DNA of 64,000 nucleotides from an uncultured Alphaproteobacteria bacterium. Lineage in GTDB: Bacteria; Pseudomonadota; Alphaproteobacteria; Rs-D84. The DNA is taken from positions 322,246 to 386,245 of the forward strand of contig CAMORN010000001.1 in the NCBI GenBank assembly GCA_946623825.1, in the 5' to 3' direction. Of the stretch, positions 1 through 8,312 are shown piece by piece. Within the stretch, counting starts at the first letter, position 1, and each line of letters starts with the position of its first letter. The notes under the pieces are model-generated. The model was given only the letters and a program-made list of their open reading frames with translations, was not told the origin of the DNA and searched no databases. The position numbers and the translations under genes are program-made.

Positions 1-163
1 AATTCCACGGGCATAATCTGGTTTGTCCCACAAATCAGGTTGATTTGTAATTTCTGTTAATTTATCTATCTCTGATTGTAATTTGATAGGGTCAAAGAAA
101 CCCCCTGACGGCAGAAATGTCGTCTGAAATTTGTTGTAATAAATCGTTGTTTATAACAGCCAT
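1..163 (-). CDS. prfB: Peptide chain release factor 2, N-terminal part (gene runs off the left edge); two frames joined by a programmed +1 frameshift
   Basis: Not in the ORF track. Reverse-strand ATG at 163-161 reads MAVINNDLLQQISDDISAVRGFL, then an in-frame TGA at 94-92. Shifting +1 at CTT TGA C continues DPIKLQSEIDKLTEITNQPDLWDKPDYARGI to the window edge. This is the typical RF2 N-terminus (LRG[YF]L-stop-D ... D[LV]W). Confidence 0.85.
91..106 (-). promoter_or_regulatory. prfB +1 frameshift (recoding) signal
   Basis: Minus strand reads AGGGGG TTT CTT TGA C: an internal Shine-Dalgarno (101-106), a 3-nt spacer, and the slippery CTT followed by TGA C. This is the canonical RF2 autoregulatory site. 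Confidence 0.85.
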
Positions 164-279
164 ACTTAAAATATATCAATTTATTTGTCTAAATCAACTT
201 TTTTGTGTTTTTATATCAAAAGTTTTATTGCGTTTTGTTTGTCATTGTGTTAAAATATTCTCAACGAGAGGGATATTCC

Positions 280-1530
280 ATGAATAAATTTTTGATGGCT
301 TTTGGATTTATAGGCGCTTGTTTGCTTGGGAATTCAGCAATGGCTGTGTCTGCTGGAACAACTGCAAATGATACGGCGCGTGCGACGATTTATACGAATT
401 CAGCTGGGGTTTCTACTGCTGGTTCTCGTGGACAAAAGGGCACTGTGAATGCTTATATTCAAAATCAACGCAACACATATTTTATGATTACACAACCTGA
501 TGTTGATACGGCGTGTCGTCAAAAAATTATGGCTTGTTTGACAGATTATTGTGGTGATACAACAATTGTTCCGGGTAAAACATCTGGACGCTGTATGTAT
601 GCAAGTGAAATAGAATTATACAATTATGCTCTGTTGTGTTTACAGAAAGACACTTCTATTTTATTACCTCAATATAATACAATGACTAAAAACGGTTCTG
701 GCGGTATGAATACTGCGGCCAGATTGTGTCCATCTTATGTTCAGCAAGAATTAATGTCTTATTTGTCTATGGCAAATATGGCAGATAAATTAACAAAAAC
801 CCATTCTGATTTGTGTGTTCAACGCCGTCGTGAATTAGAAGCGGCTATGTCATGCCACAGTGTTGCATTGGCATACGGTAACGAAACAACCAGTATGTTA
901 ACAACAACATTATCTGATTATTGTGGTGCGGGTGTTCCTGGTGGTTCTGCTGAAATGGTTACACGTTTTGTAAATGCTGGAAACCTTGGTGCAAATGTTT
1001 GGGGTTGGGCTGACAAGATTGTTGGTCTTGAATTAAATAACAAGGGACAAAATTGGGAAGCGGCAGTAGATGCCGTCTTGGCAAGTTATACCAACAGAAT
1101 GAATCTTGCTTGTGGTGATGATATGAAATTAAATACTGCACCACACGCATCTTCTTCTGGTAATGGTTATTCTAATTTACAGGCAGCGGTTGCGGTTGCT
1201 GCAAATGTAGCTTTTCCAAGTCAACCAACAAATCAAGCAAACCCATACGCAAACCAAAGTGTGTTTATGGAAGTAACATCTTTGTCTGAAATATATGATT
1301 ATAAAACTGCAAATCAGGTTGTTCAGGCTGGTTTAACAAATAATGCTTTGACTCAAAATGCTTTCTTAAGCAGTGCCCAAATGGATAACATGCAGAAAGC
1401 ATATAAATTGGGAACAAAAGTATTTGTTATCCGTGATTCTTCAAGATGTTTTACAATACCAGTTTCAACATTAACGCAATCTGAAACATCTATGGTTGCA
1501 CAAATGTTTGCAAATTGTGTTAACAGATAA
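280..1530 (+). CDS. Secreted Cys-rich protein of unknown function (paralogue of 53370..55868)
   Basis: ORF 205..1530 trimmed to ATG 280, preceded by GAGAGGGA. Signal peptide MNKFLMAFGFIGACLLGNSAMA. Motif ACRQKIMACLTDYCG resembles ACRDSYATCMDQFCA in the 832-aa protein. Confidence 0.7.
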   Translation: MNKFLMAFGFIGACLLGNSAMAVSAGTTANDTARATIYTNSAGVSTAGSRGQKGTVNAYIQNQRNTYFMITQPDVDTACRQKIMACLTDYCGDTTIVPGKTSGRCMYASEIELYNYALLCLQKDTSILLPQYNTMTKNGSGGMNTAARLCPSYVQQELMSYLSMANMADKLTKTHSDLCVQRRRELEAAMSCHSVALAYGNETTSMLTTTLSDYCGAGVPGGSAEMVTRFVNAGNLGANVWGWADKIVGLELNNKGQNWEAAVDAVLASYTNRMNLACGDDMKLNTAPHASSSGNGYSNLQAAVAVAANVAFPSQPTNQANPYANQSVFMEVTSLSEIYDYKTANQVVQAGLTNNALTQNAFLSSAQMDNMQKAYKLGTKVFVIRDSSRCFTIPVSTLTQSETSMVAQMFANCVNR

Positions 1531-1647
1531 TTGATTTATATTTTTGACCTTTGTACGACCACTGTTGAACAGTGGTCGTTTTTTGTGTTCAGAAAAAAAT
1601 CGTATCATATCTTGAACCAAGAAAGATTTTTTGATATAATTGTCATC

Positions 1648-2838
1648 ATGAAATTAAACAGAAGAGAGTTTGTAAAATCGGTCAGTTTTTCTGCGTTGGT
1701 GATTGCTTTGTCGCCACGTGTTGCGTTATCTGCGCCAAATTCGTTGAAATCTATGCGTACGGGAATTCAGCCGGGGGGTAAAACACGTTTGGTTATTGAA
1801 ACTGCAACTCGTCCATCTTATACACTATCATATGGCGAAAAACAGTTAATCGTAAATTTATCAAATACAAACGGCAATACAAACGCTGAAACAAAATTAG
1901 CATCAGGAACATTGATAAAAAGAATCACACAAATTCAAGATGGTTCTGTGTTAAAGATTAATGCCACATTGGGATCTGAAATAGACGCTATTGAAAAAAA
2001 TCAGATTATGGTTCTGGAACCAAATGGCGATAATGATTATCGTTTGGTTTTTGATTTTGCAGCTGGTTCTGGTCGTGGTATTAAAATTGAAAAAACTGCT
2101 GTTGCAACCACCAAAACAACAAACACAAATAATGCTGTAAAAACGAATACTCAAAATACAAAACAACATATCATTGTGTTGGATCCGGGACATGGTGGCA
2201 AAGACCCTGGTTGTATAGGAAAGGGCGGAACACAGGAAAAAACAGTGGTGTTGTCTGTTGCAAAAAAATTGAAAGCAAAATTGGAAGCCGAGGGTTATAA
2301 AACATTTTTAACCCGTTCAAGCGATATTTATCTTAAATTGGCAGAACGTGCAGAAATTGCAGAAAAGAAACACGCAGATTTGTTTATTTCTTTGCATGCT
2401 AACGCGAACCCAAGCCGTGATATGAAGGGTTATTCAATTTATACTTTGTCAGAAAAAGCATCTGACGAAGAAGCACAAAAATTGGCAGAATCTGAAAATG
2501 CCGCAGATAAAATAGATGTAAGTGGTTTTGAAAAATTTTCAAAAGATATTCGTGTTGCTTTGTCTTCATTGCAACAACACGCTGTTGCTGAATTAAGTGA
2601 AGAATACGCAAATGGTGCGGCAAAAAGTTTCAACCGTGCATCAATTGAACAACAAAAAGGACCTGCGGTTCGTCATGCACCTTTTGCTGTTTTGCGTTCC
2701 ACCGTGCCGGGGGCATTGATAGAATTGGGACATTTGTCTAATAAAAACGAAGAAAAATTGCTTAAAAGTGATGCTCACCAAAATAAATTGGTTGATGCAA
2801 TTGTAAAATCTGTAAATTCTTACGATTTTGATGTTTAA
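1648..2838 (+). CDS. amiC: N-acetylmuramoyl-L-alanine amidase with Tat signal and AMIN domain
   Basis: Trimmed to ATG 1648. Twin-arginine signal MKLNRREFVKSVSF...ALSA. AMIN-like segment (MRTGIQPGGKTRLVIE). Amidase_3 motifs VLDPGHGGKDPG, FISLHANA, ELGHLSN. Confidence 0.85.
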   Translation: MKLNRREFVKSVSFSALVIALSPRVALSAPNSLKSMRTGIQPGGKTRLVIETATRPSYTLSYGEKQLIVNLSNTNGNTNAETKLASGTLIKRITQIQDGSVLKINATLGSEIDAIEKNQIMVLEPNGDNDYRLVFDFAAGSGRGIKIEKTAVATTKTTNTNNAVKTNTQNTKQHIIVLDPGHGGKDPGCIGKGGTQEKTVVLSVAKKLKAKLEAEGYKTFLTRSSDIYLKLAERAEIAEKKHADLFISLHANANPSRDMKGYSIYTLSEKASDEEAQKLAESENAADKIDVSGFEKFSKDIRVALSSLQQHAVAELSEEYANGAAKSFNRASIEQQKGPAVRHAPFAVLRSTVPGALIELGHLSNKNEEKLLKSDAHQNKLVDAIVKSVNSYDFDV

Positions 2839-2843
2839 TCATG

Positions 2844-2875
2844 AAAAAACACCCGCATAATACGGGTGTTTTTTA
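2844..2875. terminator. Bidirectional rho-independent terminator
   Basis: A-run, stem CACCCG / CGGGTG around loop CATAATA, then T-run. Sits between the convergent amiC and Fic-like genes. Confidence 0.6.
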
Positions 2876-3619
2876 TCGTAATATTTCGATAATTTCTTTT
2901 TGTGTGCGCAACATACATTTTTCCATGTATTCTGTGTAGGCACGACGGTTCCCTTGGACTCTTTCACGCAAAGCATTTGTGTATTCGTTTGCGTCGCTCT
3001 TTTTGTTGAATACAATAGGGCGATAACCATTTTGTATCAAAAACCAATTCATAATCATACGAGCAGTGCGTTTGTTAAAATCACTGAAAGGTTGTGTCAT
3101 GATAAGGTCGTAATGAACATCAAAAGCACGGGTTAACACAGAATGTGATTTATCGCTTAAATGATATTCTATATCGTTCATTCTGTAATAAATTTTTTCA
3201 ATAGATGGCGCAAATTCATCAAAAACCTTCACCATGCCAACACGATAGCCATTCGGGCAATCTGTGCCTTGTGTTAAAATGTCATGAATCTGGCGAATTT
3301 GATAAGAATCAATCTTTGTGCTTTTATGTTTCAAGATATAATCGTATGCCAAACCAATGTTTTTAAGATTTGTATAATCTACGGTTGTTTTGCGTTTCAC
3401 ACTTGGAACCAATTTTTGTTGAGGTTGAAACAAAACCAAAGGTTCAACAGATGTTATCTGATAGCGTAACATATTAATACTGTCCAGATTTTTAGCAGAA
3501 ATGTGCATTAAATCGTTAATAGTTTCACGATTTTGTTCGATTCTTTCTTTGTTTGTCAAACCCCGTGCCGCAGAATATGTCTGTTGCTTAGGTTGTTTTT
3601 TCTTTATACTTTTCTTCAT
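2873..3619 (-). CDS. Fic/Doc-family protein with a degenerate active-site motif
   Basis: VHYDLIMTQPFSDFNKRTARMIMNWFLIQNGYRPIVF aligns to the Fic core HxFx(D/E)GN(G/K)RxxR followed by the helix ending in GY.P. The His position is Gln and the first Gly is Phe. Confidence 0.7.
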   Translation of the reverse strand: MKKSIKKKQPKQQTYSAARGLTNKERIEQNRETINDLMHISAKNLDSINMLRYQITSVEPLVLFQPQQKLVPSVKRKTTVDYTNLKNIGLAYDYILKHKSTKIDSYQIRQIHDILTQGTDCPNGYRVGMVKVFDEFAPSIEKIYYRMNDIEYHLSDKSHSVLTRAFDVHYDLIMTQPFSDFNKRTARMIMNWFLIQNGYRPIVFNKKSDANEYTNALRERVQGNRRAYTEYMEKCMLRTQKEIIEILR

Positions 3620-3646
3620 GTTTTTTACCTTTGATTTATATTTATA

Positions 3647-3674
3647 AATATAATACTAAAAAATAATTTGTCAA
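3647..3674 (-). promoter_or_regulatory. Candidate sigma-70 promoter for the Fic-like gene
   Basis: Minus strand TTGACA (3674-3669), 16-nt spacer, TATATT (3652-3647), about 28 nt upstream of the ATG. Confidence 0.4.
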
Positions 3675-3687
3675 CATAAAAGAGTAA

Positions 3688-3720
3688 ACAAAAAAACAAC
3701 CTGACGGTTGAGTTTTTTTA
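3688..3720 (-). terminator. Terminator downstream of tRNA-Ser(CGA)
   Basis: Minus strand CAACC-GTCA-GGTTG hairpin followed by a T7 run. Confidence 0.55.
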
Positions 3721-3724
3721 TTTA

Positions 3725-3815
3725 TGGCGGAGATAGGGGGATTCGAACCCTCGATAGTGTTGCCACTATACGCGATTTCGAGTCGCGCGCATTCAACCAG
3801 CTCTGCCATATCTCC
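3725..3815 (-). tRNA. tRNA-Ser (anticodon CGA), long variable arm, encoded CCA
   Basis: Reverse complement GGAGATATGGCAGAGCTGGTTGAATGCGCGCGACTCGAAATCGCG...GGGTTCGAATCCCCCTATCTCCGCCA. Acceptor GGAGATA/TATCTCC, anticodon loop CTCGAAA, T-loop GGTTCGAATCC. Confidence 0.9.
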
Positions 3816-3849
3816 GTTATGGGGTATTATACATACAAGACCTGAAAAA

Positions 3850-4044
3850 TCAACGATTTAATATTGTTTTTTTTGTTTGTTTCTGCAAGAAATCTTCAAG
3901 CATTTTCTTTTTGTTAACAAGATTGAAGAAATCTTCCAATTTGCCACGATTATTCAAGTCTATAAGAATATTTAACATAAAGGCACCATCTTGTTCAAAA
4001 AATTCTGATAATTTTACAAGTGTGCCTATGTCTAGTTTTTTCAT
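3850..4044 (-). CDS. Small hypothetical protein (64 aa)
   Basis: ORF only; fills the gap between the tRNA and the ATL gene. No recognisable motif. Confidence 0.35.
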   Translation of the reverse strand: MKKLDIGTLVKLSEFFEQDGAFMLNILIDLNNRGKLEDFFNLVNKKKMLEDFLQKQTKKTILNR

Positions 4045-4134
4045 ATACTCGTCCTTTGCCAGATTAAAGCATAAAATATTCTGGTAATCAAATAAATTTT
4101 GATTATCATATATTCAACACAGGAAACACAAAAT

Positions 4135-4482
4135 ATGAAGACTTTTTTTGAACAAGTTTACGACATAGTAGAAAAAATTCCAGCTGGTTATATTTTGACC
4201 TATGGTGATATTGCAAAAATGCTCGGACGTCCGCGTATGGCTCGTTTTGTTGGCTTTGCAATGAGTGCGGTTTGTGAAACAGATAATCGTCCATGGCATC
4301 GGGTTGTTTTTTCAGGTGGTCGTTTATGGGACGGTCAATGGGGCAAAGTGCAACATGATATGTTGGCGTCCGAAGGTGTCGGTTTTACAAAAGATGGCAA
4401 AGCAGATATTGAAAAATACAGATGGCATATTGAAAATATGATGGCACCGTCCGATTTACACGATATGCCTTTAAAATTTTAA
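4135..4482 (+). CDS. Alkyltransferase-like (ATL) protein, MGMT DNA-binding domain without the acceptor Cys
   Basis: Trimmed to ATG 4135. IPAGYILTYGDIAKMLGRPRMARFVGFAM...NRPWHRVV: the MGMT PCHRV site reads PWHRV, as in ATL proteins. Confidence 0.75.
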   Translation: MKTFFEQVYDIVEKIPAGYILTYGDIAKMLGRPRMARFVGFAMSAVCETDNRPWHRVVFSGGRLWDGQWGKVQHDMLASEGVGFTKDGKADIEKYRWHIENMMAPSDLHDMPLKF

Positions 4483-4484
4483 GA

Positions 4485-5201
4485 TTATTTCTTTTTGATT
4501 TTATTGAATATCCTGTTTTCGGGTAAATTGCCCAATGTGAAATACCATGTTTGTACATCTTTGTTTGGTTTTTGTAATTTTTTATTCATTTCTTCGCTTG
4601 TTTTTGGAATTGGTTTTATGATTTTATCACCCAGTGTCCAATTCGCAGGTGTTGAAACACCAAATATATCGCTGGTTTGCAGGGCTATTAAAATTCGTTT
4701 GATTTCTTTGATGTTGCGTCCGGTTGTTTGCGGATAATATAGAACTGTTCTGACAATTCCTTTGTTATCTATGATAAATACGGCGCGTACAGTTTTTGTA
4801 TCGGAAGTATTTGGGTGAATCATTCCATATAATTTTGATATGTGTAAATCAATGTCTTCTATGACAGGAAATTTAATAATGATATTGCGTAAACCATTAA
4901 AATTTATTTCTTCATAAATAGAACGAAACCATGCCAAATGTGATGTAATTGCGCCGACTGATAAACCGACCAGTTCAGTGTTTAATTTCTGAAAATCGTC
5001 CATTTCCGCTTGAAAAGATATAAATTCTGTTGTGCACACTGGGGTAAAATCCATCGGATGAGAAAACAAAATTATCCATTGACCAATATATTGTTCTGGA
5101 AATTTTATGATGCCGTTTGTTGTTTTTGCAACAAAAGATGGTGCTTTATCACCAATCAATGGCGTATTCATACATATATTTTCGTTTTTTTCTTCATTCA
5201 T
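4485..5201 (-). CDS. Peroxiredoxin (1-Cys / Prx6-like)
   Basis: LFSHPMDFTPVCTTEF peroxidatic-Cys motif; AAGGAA RBS upstream of ATG 5201. Confidence 0.85.
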   Translation of the reverse strand: MNEEKNENICMNTPLIGDKAPSFVAKTTNGIIKFPEQYIGQWIILFSHPMDFTPVCTTEFISFQAEMDDFQKLNTELVGLSVGAITSHLAWFRSIYEEINFNGLRNIIIKFPVIEDIDLHISKLYGMIHPNTSDTKTVRAVFIIDNKGIVRTVLYYPQTTGRNIKEIKRILIALQTSDIFGVSTPANWTLGDKIIKPIPKTSEEMNKKLQKPNKDVQTWYFTLGNLPENRIFNKIKKK

Positions 5202-5352
5202 ATCAGATTCCTTTTTTATGATTTTATCAAGGAATCTGCATGTTTCGTATAAGAGCCTTTTCTTATTTTTAATTATCTATAAGAAAAAACTTTATTTTTT
5301 GTAAAATATGGTATCATATATAGATATAGGTGTATTAAAAGGATATATAATT

Positions 5353-5631
5353 ATGAAACGTTCGGATGTTATAAGAACAATACAGGTGCAATTTAAAAAT
5401 ATGCGTGCCAGTGATGCAATGGCTATGGTTGATACGGTTGTAGATACTATGAAAGATGCAGTTGCAAACGGCGACAGAATTGAAATTCGTGGTTTTGGAA
5501 CATTTCAACAACGCGCACGTGCAACAAAAAATGGATATAACCCAAGTACGGGTGAAACCATGTTTTTGCCATCTGGAAAAACTATTTTATTTAAACCAAG
5601 TCGTGAATTAACTAAACAGATGAATGATTAA
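5353..5631 (+). CDS. ihfB: Integration host factor beta subunit (HU/IHF family)
   Basis: Trimmed to ATG 5353. GDRIEIRGFGTFQQRARATKNGYNPSTGE...FKPSRELT matches the IHF-beta pattern (RIEIRGFG.F ... R.GRNPKTG ... FKPGKEL). Confidence 0.75.
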   Translation: MKRSDVIRTIQVQFKNMRASDAMAMVDTVVDTMKDAVANGDRIEIRGFGTFQQRARATKNGYNPSTGETMFLPSGKTILFKPSRELTKQMND

Positions 5632-5651
5632 TTATTGGGGGAATATTTATT

Positions 5652-7391
5652 ATGGCAGCGGGAATAAAAAATCATAATCGTGACAGATACGAACGTGTGC
5701 GCAGATTAATGTGGATAAAATGCGAAGCATGTGGTCGTCTGGTTTATTATAAAGATTATAAAAATAATCACTATGTTTGCCCACGTTGTGGTCGTGCATT
5801 TATAATGACGCCAAAACAAAGATTTGATTTATTGTTTGATAATATCAATTGGCAAAAATTTGAATTACCAATAACAAGTGATGACCCATTAAATTTCACA
5901 GACAGAATGTCTTATAAAGAAAGATTAAATGAGGCTCGTGAAGACACCGGCACAAATGATGCTATTTCCACTGCAGACGGTCAGGTTGCAGGTATAAACA
6001 CAACAATTTGTGTTATGAATGGCGATTTTATGATGGGGTCTATGGGACGTGCTGCGGGTGATGCAATTGTTGCAAGTATTGAACATGCAATTGAATTAAA
6101 AAATCCATTTGTTATGGTTACTTGCAGTGGCGGTGCCAGAATGCAAGAAAATATTTTATCTTTGATGCAAATGGCACGAACAACAGTTGCTGTGAATAAA
6201 TTACATGACAATAAAATTCCATACATTGTTATTTTAACAGACCCTACATTCGGTGGTGTTTCTGCATCTTTCGCGATGTTGGGCGATATCCATATTGCAG
6301 AAAAGGGTGCACGTGTCGGATTTGCGGGGCGTCGAGTTATCGAACAAAATATACATGAAAAATTACCGTCTAATTTCCAAACCGCAGATTATTTATATGA
6401 ACATGGTATGGTTGATATAGTTGTTGATCGCGACAGATTAAAATCTGTGTTGGAAAAAGTTTTGACTGTTTTAACAAAACAACCACGCGAGGCAAAAGTT
6501 ATAGATGTAAAAACACCTAAATTTGAACCTCAAAAGAAATCTCGTGATTTAGGTAAAACCCCAGAATACGACCGTGTTTTGTTGGCTCGTAATGAAAACA
6601 GACCACATTTCTTAGATTATGTTGCGGGTATTGTTGATGATTGGACATATCTGGCGGGCGACAGAAATTTTGCCGAAGATGCTGCGATGTGTGGCGGTAT
6701 TGGTTATTGGTATGGTATACCGTCTGTAATCATTGGACAAGAAAAGGGCAGAACAATTGAAACCCGTCAACAACATCGTTTTGGTATGCCAAACCCAGAA
6801 GGATACAGAAAGGCTCAGCGTTTGATGAAATTGGCTGAAAAATTTAATTTGCCTTTGATTTCATTGTTTGACACTGCGGGCGCTTTTGCCGGTGGTGCAG
6901 CAGAAGAACGCGGTCAATCTCAGGCTGTGGCATCAACTATTGCAATGGGTCTGAAAGTTAAAACGCCTTATGTTGCGGTCAATGTAGGTGAAGGTGGTTC
7001 TGGTGGTGCAATTGCCATTGGAACAGGCGACAGAATTATGATGCTTGAAAATGCAATTTATTCTGTGATTGCACCTGAATCTTGTGCAAGTATTTTATGG
7101 AAAGATAACAAGTTTAAGGCCGAAGCAGCAACTGCATTAAAATTGACTGCTCGTGATATGGCATCATTAAATGTGATAGATAAAATCATATCTGAACCAG
7201 CGGGCGGTGCACATCAAGATTGGCAAACAACAATGGAATTGGTTGCAAAAGCAGTTGCGGACGCTATCAACGAATTGCAAGAAATTCCATTGGAAGATTT
7301 GGTTCGAGAACGCGCCAAGAAATTTATTTCTATGACCAGAGATGTTGAAATTTTCCAACCGGGGCATATCCCAGAAGAAAAATTGATATAA
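5652..7391 (+). CDS. accD-accA: Acetyl-CoA carboxylase carboxyltransferase, fused beta (AccD) and alpha (AccA) subunits
   Basis: The N-terminal half has the AccD zinc ribbon CEACGRLVYYKDYKNNHYVCPRCG and GGARMQE. The C-terminal half has AccA motifs FGMPNPEGYRKAQRLMKLAEKF, DTAGAFAGGAAEERGQS, GEGGSGGAIAIG, EPAGGAH. One uninterrupted ORF. Confidence 0.85.
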   Translation: MAAGIKNHNRDRYERVRRLMWIKCEACGRLVYYKDYKNNHYVCPRCGRAFIMTPKQRFDLLFDNINWQKFELPITSDDPLNFTDRMSYKERLNEAREDTGTNDAISTADGQVAGINTTICVMNGDFMMGSMGRAAGDAIVASIEHAIELKNPFVMVTCSGGARMQENILSLMQMARTTVAVNKLHDNKIPYIVILTDPTFGGVSASFAMLGDIHIAEKGARVGFAGRRVIEQNIHEKLPSNFQTADYLYEHGMVDIVVDRDRLKSVLEKVLTVLTKQPREAKVIDVKTPKFEPQKKSRDLGKTPEYDRVLLARNENRPHFLDYVAGIVDDWTYLAGDRNFAEDAAMCGGIGYWYGIPSVIIGQEKGRTIETRQQHRFGMPNPEGYRKAQRLMKLAEKFNLPLISLFDTAGAFAGGAAEERGQSQAVASTIAMGLKVKTPYVAVNVGEGGSGGAIAIGTGDRIMMLENAIYSVIAPESCASILWKDNKFKAEAATALKLTARDMASLNVIDKIISEPAGGAHQDWQTTMELVAKAVADAINELQEIPLEDLVRERAKKFISMTRDVEIFQPGHIPEEKLI

Positions 7392-7402
7392 AAAACTGGA
7401 TA

Positions 7403-7870
7403 TTACCAATACCACCAGGTAAGACCTTGGTCCCAACGTTTTGATAAAGAATCCCAATCTATGTCGGGATAGGTTGCTTGTATTGTTTCTTTGTTGGTAA
7501 TCAGTTCTTCTTTTGCCAATTTAAACAGTGTCGATTTATCTATTCTTTTTCCAAATTCTATTTTGTTTGCACCAGATTGGTATATTTTTGGAGATTTACA
7601 TTGTTGTTTTATAACTTCTGTTAATGGGGTTATTTCATATATGTACACGGATTTTGAACCACGAAAAGATAATATGTCATACCATAATAAAGTTTCACAG
7701 GCACTATCTGTGAAGTGAATCATAGGTTCATCGGCTTTTATTTGCATATCTATTATAGCTTTGAATTTTTGAGCAACAAACACTTTACCAGTTGGGATGT
7801 CTTCTGGTTTGTAAGATTTTGCCAGTGTATGCGCAAAAATACCATTTTCTTTAACGATTTTATAATACAT
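7403..7870 (-). CDS. Hypothetical protein (155 aa)
   Basis: Clean ORF with no competing frame; no recognisable motif. Confidence 0.5.
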   Translation of the reverse strand: MYYKIVKENGIFAHTLAKSYKPEDIPTGKVFVAQKFKAIIDMQIKADEPMIHFTDSACETLLWYDILSFRGSKSVYIYEITPLTEVIKQQCKSPKIYQSGANKIEFGKRIDKSTLFKLAKEELITNKETIQATYPDIDWDSLSKRWDQGLTWWYW

Positions 7871-7934
7871 ATTACCGCCACTTTTGGTTTATATTATAGC
7901 ATAAAAAACACATTTAGACAATATTATAACGACA

Positions 7935-7951
7935 CGGAGCGTGTAGGATTT
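7935..7951 (-). repeat. 17-nt exact duplicate of the 3' end of tRNA-Ser(GCT) (att-like scar)
   Basis: CGGAGCGTGTAGGATTT at 7935-7951 is identical to 8102-8118 inside the tRNA gene, in the same orientation, 150 bp from the tRNA 3' end. Confidence 0.7.
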
Positions 7952-8061
7952 CCCTTGCTTCGCTGTGGGGTATTCGTAAGGTGTTTATTTGATTATAAAC
8001 ACCAACTCATAATGAACCTAGATTGATATTGTCAATATAATTTCAAACCAAACGACACGAG

Positions 8062-8092
8062 ATAAAAATAAAACCGACAAAAGTCGGTTTAA
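8062..8092 (-). terminator. Terminator downstream of tRNA-Ser(GCT)
   Basis: AAACCGAC-AAAA-GTCGGTTT hairpin (8071-8090) followed on the minus strand by TATTTTTAT. Confidence 0.55.
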
Positions 8093-8098
8093 TTTTTA

Positions 8099-8188
8099 TG
8101 GCGGAGCGTGTAGGATTTGAACCTACGGACCGCATTACTACGGTCACGGATTAGCAATCCGCTGCATTTACCCCTCTGCCAACGCTCC
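8099..8188 (-). tRNA. tRNA-Ser (anticodon GCT), long variable arm, encoded CCA
   Basis: Reverse complement GGAGCGTTGGCAGAGGGGTAAATGCAGCGGATTGCTAATCCGTGACCGTAGTAATGCGGTCCGTAGGTTCAAATCCTACACGCTCCGCCA. Anticodon loop TTGCTAA. Confidence 0.9.
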
Positions 8189-8283
8189 AAGTGAATTGTA
8201 TTATATATAAAGTGTTTTTTAATTGCAAGAACGTTTTTCAAGTTTTTTATGTTTATAATCATTAAATTTTTTAATAAAAATAC

Positions 8284-8312
8284 TTGACAAAAATATTATA
8301 TGGTTTATATTA
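8284..8312 (+). promoter_or_regulatory. Candidate sigma-70 promoter with a long (about 200 nt) leader
   Basis: TTGACA (8284-8289), 16-nt spacer, TATATT (8306-8311). The next CDS starts at 8524. Confidence 0.35.

Noticed and set aside
1531-1647. Upstream extension of the amidase ORF from the TTG at 1531.
   Set aside because: The twin-arginine signal peptide starts at ATG 1648. The extension would bury it and abut the previous stop codon.
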